From contig JAEZVA010000028.1 in NCBI GenBank assembly GCA_023443315.1, positions 1 to 64,000 on the forward strand: a DNA stretch of 64,000 bases. The letters run 5' to 3'. How positions within the stretch are numbered: position 1 is the first letter of the stretch; the number at the start of each line of letters is the position of its first letter. The position numbers and the translations under genes were made by a program. The DNA comes from Bacillota bacterium. Lineage in GTDB: Bacteria; Bacillota; Clostridia; Oscillospirales; Ruminococcaceae. Shown piece after piece: positions 47,757-57,697 of the stretch. The notes below the pieces were generated by a model, which had not been told where the DNA came from, made no database searches, and saw only the letters and a list, made by a program, of their open reading frames with translations.

Positions 47757-48041
47757 CTACTCCTGCTCGTTAATCTCAGCAGTCAGTTCAGAAATCCGCT
47801 TTAGCAAAGCGTCAATCTTTGCAATCACGTTGTTTTCCGCCTTTACGTCATCCTCGCTTTGACCGTTTCTAGCAGCCGAGTAATGCAGCTTACCTAGCTT
47901 AGCGTAAGCGCGCTCCAAATCGGATTTCAGGTTCATTCGCTCTATGCGAAGCTTCGACGTGTTTACAAATTCTCCGGTTGCCTTACACGCGTTGTCAAAC
48001 AGGTTTTGGGCAGTGTTCGCAAAATCATCGAAAGAATTCAT
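47757..48041 (-). CDS. Small coiled-coil protein of unknown function
   Basis: 94 aa from ATG 48041, with a strong RBS (AAGGGAGA 8 nt upstream). Heptad-like helical sequence. No family recognised. Confidence 0.6.
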   Translation of the reverse strand: MNSFDDFANTAQNLFDNACKATGEFVNTSKLRIERMNLKSDLERAYAKLGKLHYSAARNGQSEDDVKAENNVIAKIDALLKRISELTAEINEQE

Positions 48042-48058
48042 TGTTTTTCTCCCTTTTG

Positions 48059-49003
48059 TCAATCTATAAACTCCCGCAGCAAAGAGTCGGTCGCAACGTA
48101 ATCGGGACTCATCTGGGCAAAATAGCCCAAAACGTCGCGAATCTTCTCAAAGCGCGGATAGTGCTCACTGGTAAAGTCCATCTTTTCTATTAAAGGACGC
48201 AAGAATTGCAAGAGCACACAGGGCTCATAAAGAATTAGTGAATCGATAATAAAATCAGCATAATGCTTGTAAGGCGAGATATACTTTTTTTCACCCTTAC
48301 GCACCGATGTCCACATGCTCGCCGTATTCTCCAGTGTAGATGCTCGATGAGTAAAGTCGCGCACACATCTGCGAATAAAGCGAATGACGGTATGGTCGAG
48401 TATCACCTCTCCGTTCAGACGGTACTCACCCTGAACGCTGATAAACAACCGAAAAAAACGCTTGCGATCCATGCCCTCGGTGATGATGGGATTTAACGCA
48501 TGAATTCCCTCTACGATTAGGATATCATTCTCACCAAGCGCAATCTCGTTACTCGTGTCTGACCGTCTGGCATTTAAAAAATCAAATATAGGCAGACTGG
48601 TATGGTTTGTACTGATTAGCTCTGTAAAACACCGATGAATGCAATCAATATCAAGCGCATAAACCGTCTCTAGGTCCTTTGTACCATCCGGCAGAGTGGG
48701 CAAAAGCTCTTGGTTAATGTAGAAATCATCAAGTGAAACGACAAGGCTGTTAATATGGAACTCCTGCTCAAGCATTGCCCGAAAGCGATGTGCGGTAATT
48801 GTTTTTCCCGACGCACTGGGACCCGCCAGCAACACAATATGAGAACGCGAAAGATTTTCGCTAATAGAACGACAAGCACTGCGGATCTGCTGAGTAAAAC
48901 GCTCCTCGCTGATATGCGCAATCTGCGACGGGTTATTCACTGCATAATCGTTAATCTTTTCAGTAATTACATATCCCTGTTCATCATAAAACTGGTAGAT
49001 CAT
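48059..49003 (-). CDS. P-loop nucleoside/uridine-kinase-family protein
   Basis: Walker A LLAGPSASGKT and DDFY, ILIVEGIHALNP motifs of the uridine kinase/PRK family. Its start overlaps the hemZ-like 3' end by 20 nt. Confidence 0.72.
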   Translation of the reverse strand: MIYQFYDEQGYVITEKINDYAVNNPSQIAHISEERFTQQIRSACRSISENLSRSHIVLLAGPSASGKTITAHRFRAMLEQEFHINSLVVSLDDFYINQELLPTLPDGTKDLETVYALDIDCIHRCFTELISTNHTSLPIFDFLNARRSDTSNEIALGENDILIVEGIHALNPIITEGMDRKRFFRLFISVQGEYRLNGEVILDHTVIRFIRRCVRDFTHRASTLENTASMWTSVRKGEKKYISPYKHYADFIIDSLILYEPCVLLQFLRPLIEKMDFTSEHYPRFEKIRDVLGYFAQMSPDYVATDSLLREFID

Positions 49004-50450
49004 AAAAGTCCTTCACCCGTCCTTTTCTCAATAGTATTTCGTCAAAGCCATTTATATACTCATACGGGTACTTATAGTTATAAATTCGTTCTAAACGCTC
49101 TCCTTTGAGCTTGGTTACCCCGCCTGCCCCGCACGCAAGGATGGTGTGCGTTTCATCCATAATAAACACGTTATATAGCCCGTCATGTCCTTGTTTTGCA
49201 AAGCCAACATTCTCAAGGTTTTCACGCGTATTGCGCTGCCGGTACAGGTAATAGGGCGCGTAGCCAGCCAAGGGAAGCGCCTCGTAACTATAGTCCATCA
49301 TCTGTGTAGCCATACCGTCACGTGCGGAGAATTCGGCTGCCTTTTGATAAGCAAGGTCGGAGGATCGCTTGAGGGACAAGGTATGCACCGTTATATTCTC
49401 AGGCGCAAGGGCGATGGTTTTATCAAGGGAGTAGCGAAAACCCTCGACAGTGTCTGACGGAAGCCCTGCAATCAAATCCATGTTAATGCAGTCAATCCCA
49501 ACCTTGCGCGCAAGTGCAAAGCTGTTACTCGTTTCCTGCGCAGTGTGTTTCCTGCCAATCACCTGCAACACATCATCGCAAAAGGTCTGAGGATTGATGC
49601 TGATGCGGGTTGCCTCGCTTTGTTTAATAACGCGCAGCTTCTCTTCGGTTATGGTATCGGGTCTGCCCGCCTCTACGGTGTACTCCCTAACAGTGGAAAG
49701 GTCAAATGCTTTACGGATGCTATCGAGCAACCGTGCAAGCTGCGCGGCGCTAAGTGTAGTTGGCGTACCGCCGCCTATATACACCGTTTCCAACCGCAGC
49801 GGTCTGCCCCTAACAATCTCGCCGGTATAAGCAATCTCGGCAAGGAGCTTTTCAAAGTAATCATCCATTAACGCTGCGGTCTTTTCTATTGAGTGAGAAA
49901 CAAATGAACAGTACAAGCAACGAGATGGACAAAATGGGATGGAGAGATACAGGCTATATGAATTTTGAGCAGAGCTTGCTATTATCGCACTTTCTCTTTG
50001 CGCAATGTCGCTTAACAATTGTGCCTTTTGCGGAGAAACTAAAAAACGCTCACAAAGATGCGCCTTTGCTTGCGCTTCACTAAAGCCCTGCTCACTTAAT
50101 CTTCGCATTAACGCGACTGGTCGAATTCCGGTAAGGATTCCAAAGCGAGGGGAAACCCCTGTTAAAGGTGATAACATCTTGAACAGCATAACACCAAAAA
50201 GGCGCTCGCATTCGTTGTCAAAGCCCTCTGCACTGTTTAAAACAACCGATTGATCGGTATACTCAGCCGCGCCTATCGATGCGACTACCGTAAGCACCGT
50301 TTTCGAAGAATCGGTCTGCATTGCGGTAAGGATATAGTCGTCCGCTTCGGGCAGTTCCTCCGCCTGCGTGATAGTCTCACCCTGAAAAAACAGCATGACG
50401 ACATTGCGCACCTCATACGCATAGTTGTGACCTTTAATAACAATCGTCAT
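48984..50450 (-). CDS. hemZ: HemN-family radical SAM protein (HemZ-like, oxygen-independent coproporphyrinogen-oxidase-like)
   Basis: Cluster motif CPSRCLYCSF, plus GGGTPT. The N-terminus MTIVIKGHNYAYEVRNV is typical of the HemZ subgroup. Start at ATG 50450. Confidence 0.8.
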   Translation of the reverse strand: MTIVIKGHNYAYEVRNVVMLFFQGETITQAEELPEADDYILTAMQTDSSKTVLTVVASIGAAEYTDQSVVLNSAEGFDNECERLFGVMLFKMLSPLTGVSPRFGILTGIRPVALMRRLSEQGFSEAQAKAHLCERFLVSPQKAQLLSDIAQRESAIIASSAQNSYSLYLSIPFCPSRCLYCSFVSHSIEKTAALMDDYFEKLLAEIAYTGEIVRGRPLRLETVYIGGGTPTTLSAAQLARLLDSIRKAFDLSTVREYTVEAGRPDTITEEKLRVIKQSEATRISINPQTFCDDVLQVIGRKHTAQETSNSFALARKVGIDCINMDLIAGLPSDTVEGFRYSLDKTIALAPENITVHTLSLKRSSDLAYQKAAEFSARDGMATQMMDYSYEALPLAGYAPYYLYRQRNTRENLENVGFAKQGHDGLYNVFIMDETHTILACGAGGVTKLKGERLERIYNYKYPYEYINGFDEILLRKGRVKDFYDLPVL

Positions 50451-51096
50451 AGCTTGCCTTTCCCATGTATGGATTGGTTCGGCGCTCGATATCCAAGGTC
50501 GTGTCTGGCCCATGCCCAGGATACACGATATAATCGACAGACAACTCGTCGGAAAGGCGTTTTACAGAGGCTATCTCTGTGGCCAAATCGCCGCCGTAAT
50601 GCGTAACGATACCGATGCTGCCTTGGAACAGCGTGTCGCCCGTAAACAGCATATCCCCTAGAATATATACCACCGAACCGTTGGTGTGCCCAGGGGTCTC
50701 AAACACGGTAAGGCTCAGTTCATCAAGCGCTATGGTATCGCCGTGAACAACCTGACGAAAAACGGGTACATCCGAAAGCTGATACTGTTCGGAGTTGTGC
50801 GAAAACCGCGCGCCCACATTCTTAACGGGGTCTGTTAACAGCTCCGCATCCTTTTGGGGGACTACGACCTGTGCGTTCGTCGCGTTAAAGACTTCACGCA
50901 GGGCACCGATGTGGTCAAAATGACCGTGGGTAAGCAGTATCATTTTTAATGCGATATCATTGGCTTGCAATACGTCCAAGATACGCTCGCTGTCCGCACC
51001 CGGGTCGATTAAAACACCGCTGCCTTGTTCGGTACGCAGGATATAGCAATTTGTATCTATCATGCCTACAGGCACAACAATTGGCTTCATAGTCAT
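50434..51096 (-). CDS. MBL-fold metallo-hydrolase (glyoxalase II-like)
   Basis: Metal motif LLTHGHFDHIG, and later PGHT. Confidence 0.88.
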   Translation of the reverse strand: MTMKPIVVPVGMIDTNCYILRTEQGSGVLIDPGADSERILDVLQANDIALKMILLTHGHFDHIGALREVFNATNAQVVVPQKDAELLTDPVKNVGARFSHNSEQYQLSDVPVFRQVVHGDTIALDELSLTVFETPGHTNGSVVYILGDMLFTGDTLFQGSIGIVTHYGGDLATEIASVKRLSDELSVDYIVYPGHGPDTTLDIERRTNPYMGKASYDDCY

Positions 51097-51129
51097 AACC
51101 CATGCCTTTCAAATGCGTGTATCGGACAT

Positions 51130-51582
51130 CTATCTATAATCCGCTGTGTCCAATACTATGGTAACCGGACCGTCGTTGAGCAACGAAACCTTCATGTCGG
51201 CACCAAACACACCCGTTTGTACACGGGCGACGCCGGTCTGCCTAACAAGGTCAACAAACAGATTGTACAAAGGGTTTGCCTGCTCCGGGCGCGCTGCCGC
51301 AATGAAGGAAGGACGTCTGCCATGTGAGGAGTCTGCACAGAGCGTAAAGTTTGGCACGATGAGTATCCCCCCGTCATTATCCTTAAGGGAGCGGTTCATC
51401 TTACCGTTTTCGTCCTCAAATATACGCAGCTCGGATGCCTTTTTCGCCAGCAGCCTTGCCTCGTTTTCCGTATCATCCTGATAAATGCCAAGCAAAAGCA
51501 GAATGCCCTGCGAAATTTCGCCGCTTAGTTTTCCGTCTATCTCCACTTTCGCCCACAGAACCCGTTGTATTACAGCACGCAT
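51130..51582 (-). CDS. dtd: D-aminoacyl-tRNA deacylase
   Basis: MRAVIQRV N-terminus, SQFTL-like PNFTLCAD, and NDGPVTIVLD. Confidence 0.94.
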   Translation of the reverse strand: MRAVIQRVLWAKVEIDGKLSGEISQGILLLLGIYQDDTENEARLLAKKASELRIFEDENGKMNRSLKDNDGGILIVPNFTLCADSSHGRRPSFIAAARPEQANPLYNLFVDLVRQTGVARVQTGVFGADMKVSLLNDGPVTIVLDTADYR

Positions 51583-51610
51583 GAATCAAACACCAACCGT
51601 TTCGTTGTTA

Positions 51611-53773
51611 TTATTTACCTGTTCTAGTAACGGAAGAAACGCTGTCGATTCGGTTGAGGTTTGTCATAACATTCTGCAGCTGTTCCCTGCCCGAGATGCC
51701 GATGGTAACATGGATACCGACGTAACCGTCTTTTAGCTCGCGGGCATTCAGCTCATGAATGGGTAGATGCATATTGGAGAGTGCCACCGTTACATCCGCT
51801 ATCATACCGGCTCTATCACGCGCCAATATCTCAATAGTGGACTTAAAGGTTTCCTTTACTTCATCCGACCATTGCACATTCACCCAACGCTCGGGCTGGT
51901 CTCCGTTCTCTTGGGACGCGATAACGTTCACGCAGTCTCGCTTGTGTACCGATACGCCGTAGCCGCGCGTCACAAAGCCAGTGATATCATCGCCCGGTAG
52001 CGGGTTACAGCACTGGGCAAACTTCACAAGGCAGCCGTCGATGTCTTCGACCACAACCCCGCCCGATACGGTTTTGGAACGCTTTTTCGTCGCGCTCTGT
52101 ATGGTCGGCTCTACCGGCTTATACTGTTTTATATAGTCGTCCTTGATGCGGGGCATAATCTTGGATAGCGAGATGCCACCATATCCGATGGCCGCATAAA
52201 ACTCATCCACACCGGCACAGTGTTGGCGTTTGGCAAGGTCTTCTATAAACTTATTATACTCGTCATCCGGCACGCGGATGGCGTTGCGACGAAATTCGCG
52301 CTCAATCTCCTCACGACCCTCGGATATGTTTTCCTCACGTCGCTCTTTCTTAAACCAGCTGCGAATTTTGCTTTTTGCCTCGCTGGTTTTAACAATCTTT
52401 AGCCAGTCGCGGCTCGGACCGCGCCCCGGTGTGTTGCTCGTAATAATGTCGACAATCTGCCCCGTCTTAACCTCGCTGTCAATCGACACCATGCGTCCGT
52501 CTACCTTCGCCCCGATCATGCGGTTACCGACCTCGCTATGAATGGCAAACGCAAAATCGATGACGGTGGACCCTGCGGGCAGCGTTTTCACATCACCTTT
52601 GGGGGTAAACACAAACACATCTTCGGGAGAAAGGTCGGTTTTGATGGTGCGAACAATCTCCTCAACGTCTTCGCTCTGGGATTCAAGCAACTTGCGAATC
52701 CAAGCAAGACGGTCCTCCAGCTTATCCTTACCCTGCATACCCGCCTTGTATTTCCAGTGGGCTGCGATACCGTATTCGGCGGTATGGTGCATCTCCCAGG
52801 TGCGTATCTGAATCTCAAACGGCACACCCTCTTTGTCGATAACCGTCGTGTGCAAAGACTGATACATGTTGGGCTTTGGGGTAGAGATATAATCCTTAAA
52901 CCGATTGGGAATCGGGGTAAACATGTCGTGAATAACACCCAAGATGTTATAGCAGTCGATTACCGTATCCACAATAATGCGGACGGCATAGATATCATAT
53001 ATCTCTTCAAAAGATTTGCCCTGAATGTACACCTTGCGGTAGATGCCGTAGATGCTCTTTACCCTACCCTCAAGGAATATCTGCATGTTTTCCGCTGCGA
53101 TACGCTCGTTAATGCGACGCATGATATTATTCAAAAACCGTGCGCGTTCCTCTTTATGCAGCGTCAATGCACTGTCAATCTCCGCATATGCAATACCATC
53201 AAGATGTTTAAGCGAAAGATCCTCAAGCTCCTCTTTAAACGCACGGATACCTAGGCGATGTGCGATGGGCGCATAAACCTCCATGGTTTCAAGTGATTTA
53301 TCTCGCTGCTTTTGCGGCGGCATTGCGTCGATTGTACGCATATTATGCAGGCGGTCAGCAAGCTTAATGATGATTACACGGATATCCTGGCTCATCGCAA
53401 GCAGCATCTTACGAATGTTTTCTGCCTGCTGTTCCTCCCTAGAGGAATACGGAATTTTACCAAGCTTGGTAACACCGCTAACCAAAACCGCTACGTCACG
53501 ACCAAACAGGTTGGTAACCTCTTCCTGCGTTACGCCGGTATCCTCCACCACATCATGCAGCAGCGCGGAAATCAGCGATTCCATGTCCATGCCAAGCTCG
53601 ATAAGAAGCATGGCGACGCTAGCGGGGTGTATGATATACTCCTCGCCCGAAACGCGCATCTGTCCCTGATGAGAGGCCTTGGCAAACTCATAGGCTTTTA
53701 TAATTAGTTCTTTGTCATACTGTTTGTCGCTTTTCTCCAAACAGCTGAGCAGGTCGCTTAGAATCTTATCCAC
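51611..53773 (-). CDS. relA: Bifunctional (p)ppGpp synthetase/hydrolase
   Basis: HD domain (LLHDVVEDT), synthetase domain (RFKDYISTPKPNMYQSLHTTV), TGS and ACT domains. GTG start. Confidence 0.95.
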   Translation of the reverse strand: MDKILSDLLSCLEKSDKQYDKELIIKAYEFAKASHQGQMRVSGEEYIIHPASVAMLLIELGMDMESLISALLHDVVEDTGVTQEEVTNLFGRDVAVLVSGVTKLGKIPYSSREEQQAENIRKMLLAMSQDIRVIIIKLADRLHNMRTIDAMPPQKQRDKSLETMEVYAPIAHRLGIRAFKEELEDLSLKHLDGIAYAEIDSALTLHKEERARFLNNIMRRINERIAAENMQIFLEGRVKSIYGIYRKVYIQGKSFEEIYDIYAVRIIVDTVIDCYNILGVIHDMFTPIPNRFKDYISTPKPNMYQSLHTTVIDKEGVPFEIQIRTWEMHHTAEYGIAAHWKYKAGMQGKDKLEDRLAWIRKLLESQSEDVEEIVRTIKTDLSPEDVFVFTPKGDVKTLPAGSTVIDFAFAIHSEVGNRMIGAKVDGRMVSIDSEVKTGQIVDIITSNTPGRGPSRDWLKIVKTSEAKSKIRSWFKKERREENISEGREEIEREFRRNAIRVPDDEYNKFIEDLAKRQHCAGVDEFYAAIGYGGISLSKIMPRIKDDYIKQYKPVEPTIQSATKKRSKTVSGGVVVEDIDGCLVKFAQCCNPLPGDDITGFVTRGYGVSVHKRDCVNVIASQENGDQPERWVNVQWSDEVKETFKSTIEILARDRAGMIADVTVALSNMHLPIHELNARELKDGYVGIHVTIGISGREQLQNVMTNLNRIDSVSSVTRTGK

Positions 53774-53818
53774 AAGCAGTCACCAATCCTTTGAATCAAT
53801 GCGCGAACTATAACCATT

Positions 53819-55858
53819 CTATGTTGCGCTTAGGAGGCGCTGCATAGTGTCCGACCTAGTTAAATCGGTCTTCGGGGCGTCTTTTACAATAGAAATGCTG
53901 TATTTGTTGTTATTGATAACAACACGTACTAGCCCAAGCTCGCTTAATACCTTAACGGCATTTTTGGTCTTGCCGTAATTAGAAAGCGTTACAGCAGCAA
54001 GCTGCGCAATGTCGCTATATACTGTCTTGTTTTTTGCAATGGCACGATACACGATAGCTATATCCTCGCGGGTAGGAGTGATACTGTTCTTTTGCTCGGA
54101 GGTTATCGCCTCTTCGTTCCAAAAACGTTCGCACAGTTCACGCGACATAAAGTACTCGTCTTGTACAAAAGAGGATGGGCGAATATCCTTTATCTTAATC
54201 GACACAGTTTCCCTGCCCTGATAGACATTGCGGTCACATAAGGCAACCACATCAACCTCGTCCCCTGTTTGGTACATAAAATCCTGTGGTGAGGTGCCAA
54301 ACAAAACGGCATTCACCTGTTTGCTATCCTTTTCCATGGTCACGCGCAGGTGCTTCCCCGCGCCAATGGGTGATATTTGAGATAGTTTCATATTCATAAA
54401 TGCAAAGCGTACCGGCTCGTTGCAACAACCAAACGGCTCTAATAGAGAGAATTGATTGAGCGTCTCCACCGTGATGTCCGCCGGATGGCACACGACGTCG
54501 ACCGCAATGCTGTGAACAGGCATAAACGGGTGCATCTGGGAACAGTATGCTTCAATACGCTCACCAAAGGCGGGGATATCCTGCGTTTTTAAGGTGAAGC
54601 CACCCGCAGCCTCGTGGCCACCGTAGCGTTGCAATAGATTGTCGCAGTGAACAAGCGCGTCAAAAACCGAAAAGCCCAACACCCCTCTGGCAGAGCCGCG
54701 TGCTATGTCGCCTTCGATGCATACCACAAACGCAGGCTTGGCAATACGGTCTACCAATCTTGCCGCGGCAATCCCCGCCACGCCGGGATGCCATCCCTGC
54801 TTTGCAATAACGGCTGCCCGTTTTTGAGAGAAGGCGGGCCTTTTTATTAGTTCCTCGTCTATGTCTCTGAGCATGTTAACGTCCAGCTCTTTGCGCCGGA
54901 TATTGTTTTCGTTTATCTTAACTGCAATCTCCTGCGCCTCTATGTAATCATCCGTAATCAGCATTCGCAGCGCATCCTGTGCCAAACCAAGCCGTCCCGC
55001 CGCATTGATACGCGGCACCAATTGATAGGCAACCATTACGGAATCAATATTCTCAGGGCTTATCTCGCAAAGCTCCATCAAGGCCGTAAGCCCAACATTT
55101 TGCGTCTCGGCAAGGCGGATAAGTCCCTCTTTTACGATTATTCGGTTCTCTCCCGTTAAAGGAACAACATCGGCAATGGTGCCGATTGCGGCAATGTCGG
55201 CGCAAAAATCGAATACTTCATCGTATTCCCCGCCGCAAAGCGCTGCAATTAGCTTTAGTACCAGACCCGCTCCGCATAGATCCTTAAACCCGCTGGTACA
55301 ATCCGCGCGATGTGGGTCAACGACAGCAAAAGCATTGGGCAACTGAGCCTTCGGTCTGTGATGATCGGTCACAATCACAGTAACCCCAAGCCCTTGCGCA
55401 TAATCAATTTCATCGAGCGCCGAAATCCCGTTATCAACAGTAATAAGTAGCGAAACGCCGTCATCCGCAAGCTGTTTTACGGCGTCACGGTTCATTCCGT
55501 ACCCTTCTTCTTCTCGGGAGGGGATATAGGTAGTGACGTCCGCCCCCGAAGACTCCAGATACAGATAGAGCATTGCTGTAGCGGTTACGCCATCGGCATC
55601 ATAATCACCGTACACCGCAATGCGCTCTTCATTCTGGATCGCCTGCTCTATTCGCTGGCAAGCTTTATCCATATCCTTTATCTCAAACGGGTTGCTAAGA
55701 CGCAGTTTATCTGAAAGAAAATCCTGCACAGACTGTGGCGTGTTATAATTGCGCGCAACCATGATATCGGCTACCAAAGAGGATACACCAAGCTCTTGTG
55801 CGATTGTCTTACTTGCCGTCGTATCCGTTTTTGGCAATACCCATTTTGCAAGACCCAA
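53819..55858 (-). CDS. recJ: Single-stranded-DNA-specific exonuclease RecJ
   Basis: DHH motifs VYGDYDADGVT, ITVDNG and VTDHH, plus DHHA1 GGHEAAGG. Start at TTG 55858 with GGGGA 7 nt upstream. Confidence 0.93.
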   Translation of the reverse strand: MGLAKWVLPKTDTTASKTIAQELGVSSLVADIMVARNYNTPQSVQDFLSDKLRLSNPFEIKDMDKACQRIEQAIQNEERIAVYGDYDADGVTATAMLYLYLESSGADVTTYIPSREEEGYGMNRDAVKQLADDGVSLLITVDNGISALDEIDYAQGLGVTVIVTDHHRPKAQLPNAFAVVDPHRADCTSGFKDLCGAGLVLKLIAALCGGEYDEVFDFCADIAAIGTIADVVPLTGENRIIVKEGLIRLAETQNVGLTALMELCEISPENIDSVMVAYQLVPRINAAGRLGLAQDALRMLITDDYIEAQEIAVKINENNIRRKELDVNMLRDIDEELIKRPAFSQKRAAVIAKQGWHPGVAGIAAARLVDRIAKPAFVVCIEGDIARGSARGVLGFSVFDALVHCDNLLQRYGGHEAAGGFTLKTQDIPAFGERIEAYCSQMHPFMPVHSIAVDVVCHPADITVETLNQFSLLEPFGCCNEPVRFAFMNMKLSQISPIGAGKHLRVTMEKDSKQVNAVLFGTSPQDFMYQTGDEVDVVALCDRNVYQGRETVSIKIKDIRPSSFVQDEYFMSRELCERFWNEEAITSEQKNSITPTREDIAIVYRAIAKNKTVYSDIAQLAAVTLSNYGKTKNAVKVLSELGLVRVVINNNKYSISIVKDAPKTDLTRSDTMQRLLSAT

Positions 55859-56008
55859 TCAAATATCCCCTTTCCTTGCACAGTGACCTAATTATGTGGC
55901 TGACTTTGGAAACGACCTGTCTAAATATTTTAACACCTTGCTGTTGGTTATTCAACCTTTTTCGTTATTGCAGCTAAGGGTGAAAGGCTTCACAAACCCT
56001 CCGACCTG

Positions 56009-57601
56009 CTACCTAGGCGCCCCATACCGGGACATAATTGCCTGCGCAACGCGAATACCGTCTACCGCAGCACTCACAATCCCCCCCGCATAGCCTGCAC
56101 CCTCTCCGCACGGGTACAGTCCTTCCACCGCTTCGGATTGAAGCGATTCGCTGTTTCGCACAATGCGTATTGGCGAGGAGGTTCTAGTCTCTACTCCGGT
56201 CATCACCGCGTCGGGGGATGCATATGCCTGAAGTTTTGTACCGAAGTTTAGAAGACCAAGCCGAAGCATCTCGGTAACAGGCGTTGGAAACAACGCCGCA
56301 AAATCAGCGTCTGTTACACCAATCGCATAGCTTGGTGTAACAGTGCCATACACAGCACCCTGCCTTCCTTCTAAAAACCGTCCAACCGTCTGCGCAGGCG
56401 CTTTGTAGCCACCGTCTCCCATCTCAAACGCACGCTGTTCCAGTTGCCTCTGGAAGGCTATTCCACCTAAGATTCCACCGCCGAAATCCTGTGGCTCTAC
56501 CCCGACTACAAGTGCGGCGTTTGCATTTTGGGCGTCTCGTGCATATTCACTCATCCCGTTGGTTACAACAAGCCCCGCTTCACTGGCGGCAGGTACGACA
56601 AATCCTCCCGGACACATGCAGAAGGTATATACACCCCTGTTCCCTTTTCGATGAGAAAGCTGATATTCTCCGGGCGGCAACCCAGGGTGACCCGCAAAAC
56701 GCCCATAGAGGCTTTGGTCAATCGCATCTTGCCGATGCTCAATGCGAACGCCAACCGAAAATGCCTTTGGTTGCATGGGAATACCGAGCTCATAGAGCAG
56801 TTTTGCGGTGTCTCGCGCACTATGCCCAATACAAAGGGCAAGGGATTGACAAGCAATCTCCATTGCGTTCGCGCGAATGGATGTCAGTCTTCCGTCCTGT
56901 ATGGCTATATCATCAACTGTATGCTCAAATAATACGCTGCCGCCAAGTGCAATAATCTCTGCGCGTATCGATTTTACAACTTCGCGCAATCGGTCGGTTC
57001 CAATGTGTGGCTTTGCTTTTTCTAATATATCATCCGGTGCACCGTGACGGTGCAGCTCGCACAGTACAAAATCGCAGCGTTCATCCCCGATACGGGTGGT
57101 CAGCTTGCCATCCGAAAAGGTCCCCGCGCCGCCTTCGCCAAATTGAACATTGGTCGAGGTGTTAAGTCCTTTACCTTGCCAGAAATCATTGACAGCCTTG
57201 ACACGACGGTCTACATCCGCCCCTCGCTCCATTACCATTGGACGATAACCATGCCGCGCCAAAATCAGTGCACAGAACATCCCCGCAGGCCCAAAGCCAG
57301 CTACAACCGGCGGATGGAGCATGGGGGTGTCTGCACACACAAAATTAAGGTTAGCCGCACAGCGAATCGTTCCTCCGCACGCCTTGGCTCGGTGGGCTAA
57401 CCGTTGCTCGTTGTGCACTTCGACCCCAACTGAATACACCATGCGGATTCGATCCTTGTGGCGCGCGTCAACCGAAACCTTTGCGATATAAGCCTTTTGC
57501 ACCTCGCCAAGCGTCAACCCCAATGATGATAGTGCCTTCTTAATCGCATCTTCTCTGGGTTGTTCTATCGCAAGCTGAATATTTGGAATGACGATTGCCA
57601 T
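56009..57601 (-). CDS. FAD-dependent protein of the COG2509 type (uncharacterised NAD(P)/FAD oxidoreductase)
   Basis: Dinucleotide fold VVAGFGPAGMFCALILAR and C-terminal GEGAGYAGGI. Start at ATG 57601 (alternative GTG 57616). Confidence 0.78.
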   Translation of the reverse strand: MAIVIPNIQLAIEQPREDAIKKALSSLGLTLGEVQKAYIAKVSVDARHKDRIRMVYSVGVEVHNEQRLAHRAKACGGTIRCAANLNFVCADTPMLHPPVVAGFGPAGMFCALILARHGYRPMVMERGADVDRRVKAVNDFWQGKGLNTSTNVQFGEGGAGTFSDGKLTTRIGDERCDFVLCELHRHGAPDDILEKAKPHIGTDRLREVVKSIRAEIIALGGSVLFEHTVDDIAIQDGRLTSIRANAMEIACQSLALCIGHSARDTAKLLYELGIPMQPKAFSVGVRIEHRQDAIDQSLYGRFAGHPGLPPGEYQLSHRKGNRGVYTFCMCPGGFVVPAASEAGLVVTNGMSEYARDAQNANAALVVGVEPQDFGGGILGGIAFQRQLEQRAFEMGDGGYKAPAQTVGRFLEGRQGAVYGTVTPSYAIGVTDADFAALFPTPVTEMLRLGLLNFGTKLQAYASPDAVMTGVETRTSSPIRIVRNSESLQSEAVEGLYPCGEGAGYAGGIVSAAVDGIRVAQAIMSRYGAPR

Positions 57602-57647
57602 AACACATAACCGCACCTTTCAAAGTATAAGCCATCATATCTGCCAC

Positions 57648-57683
57648 ACAAAAGAGAGCCTGACCATTTCAGGTCGGGCTCCC
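57648..57683 (-). terminator. Rho-independent terminator after cdaR
   Basis: Minus strand: GAGCCCGACC-TGAAAT-GGTCAGGCTC (1 mismatch) followed by TCTTTTGTGTGG. Confidence 0.75.
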
Positions 57684-57697
57684 AAACTGTTAATCTA

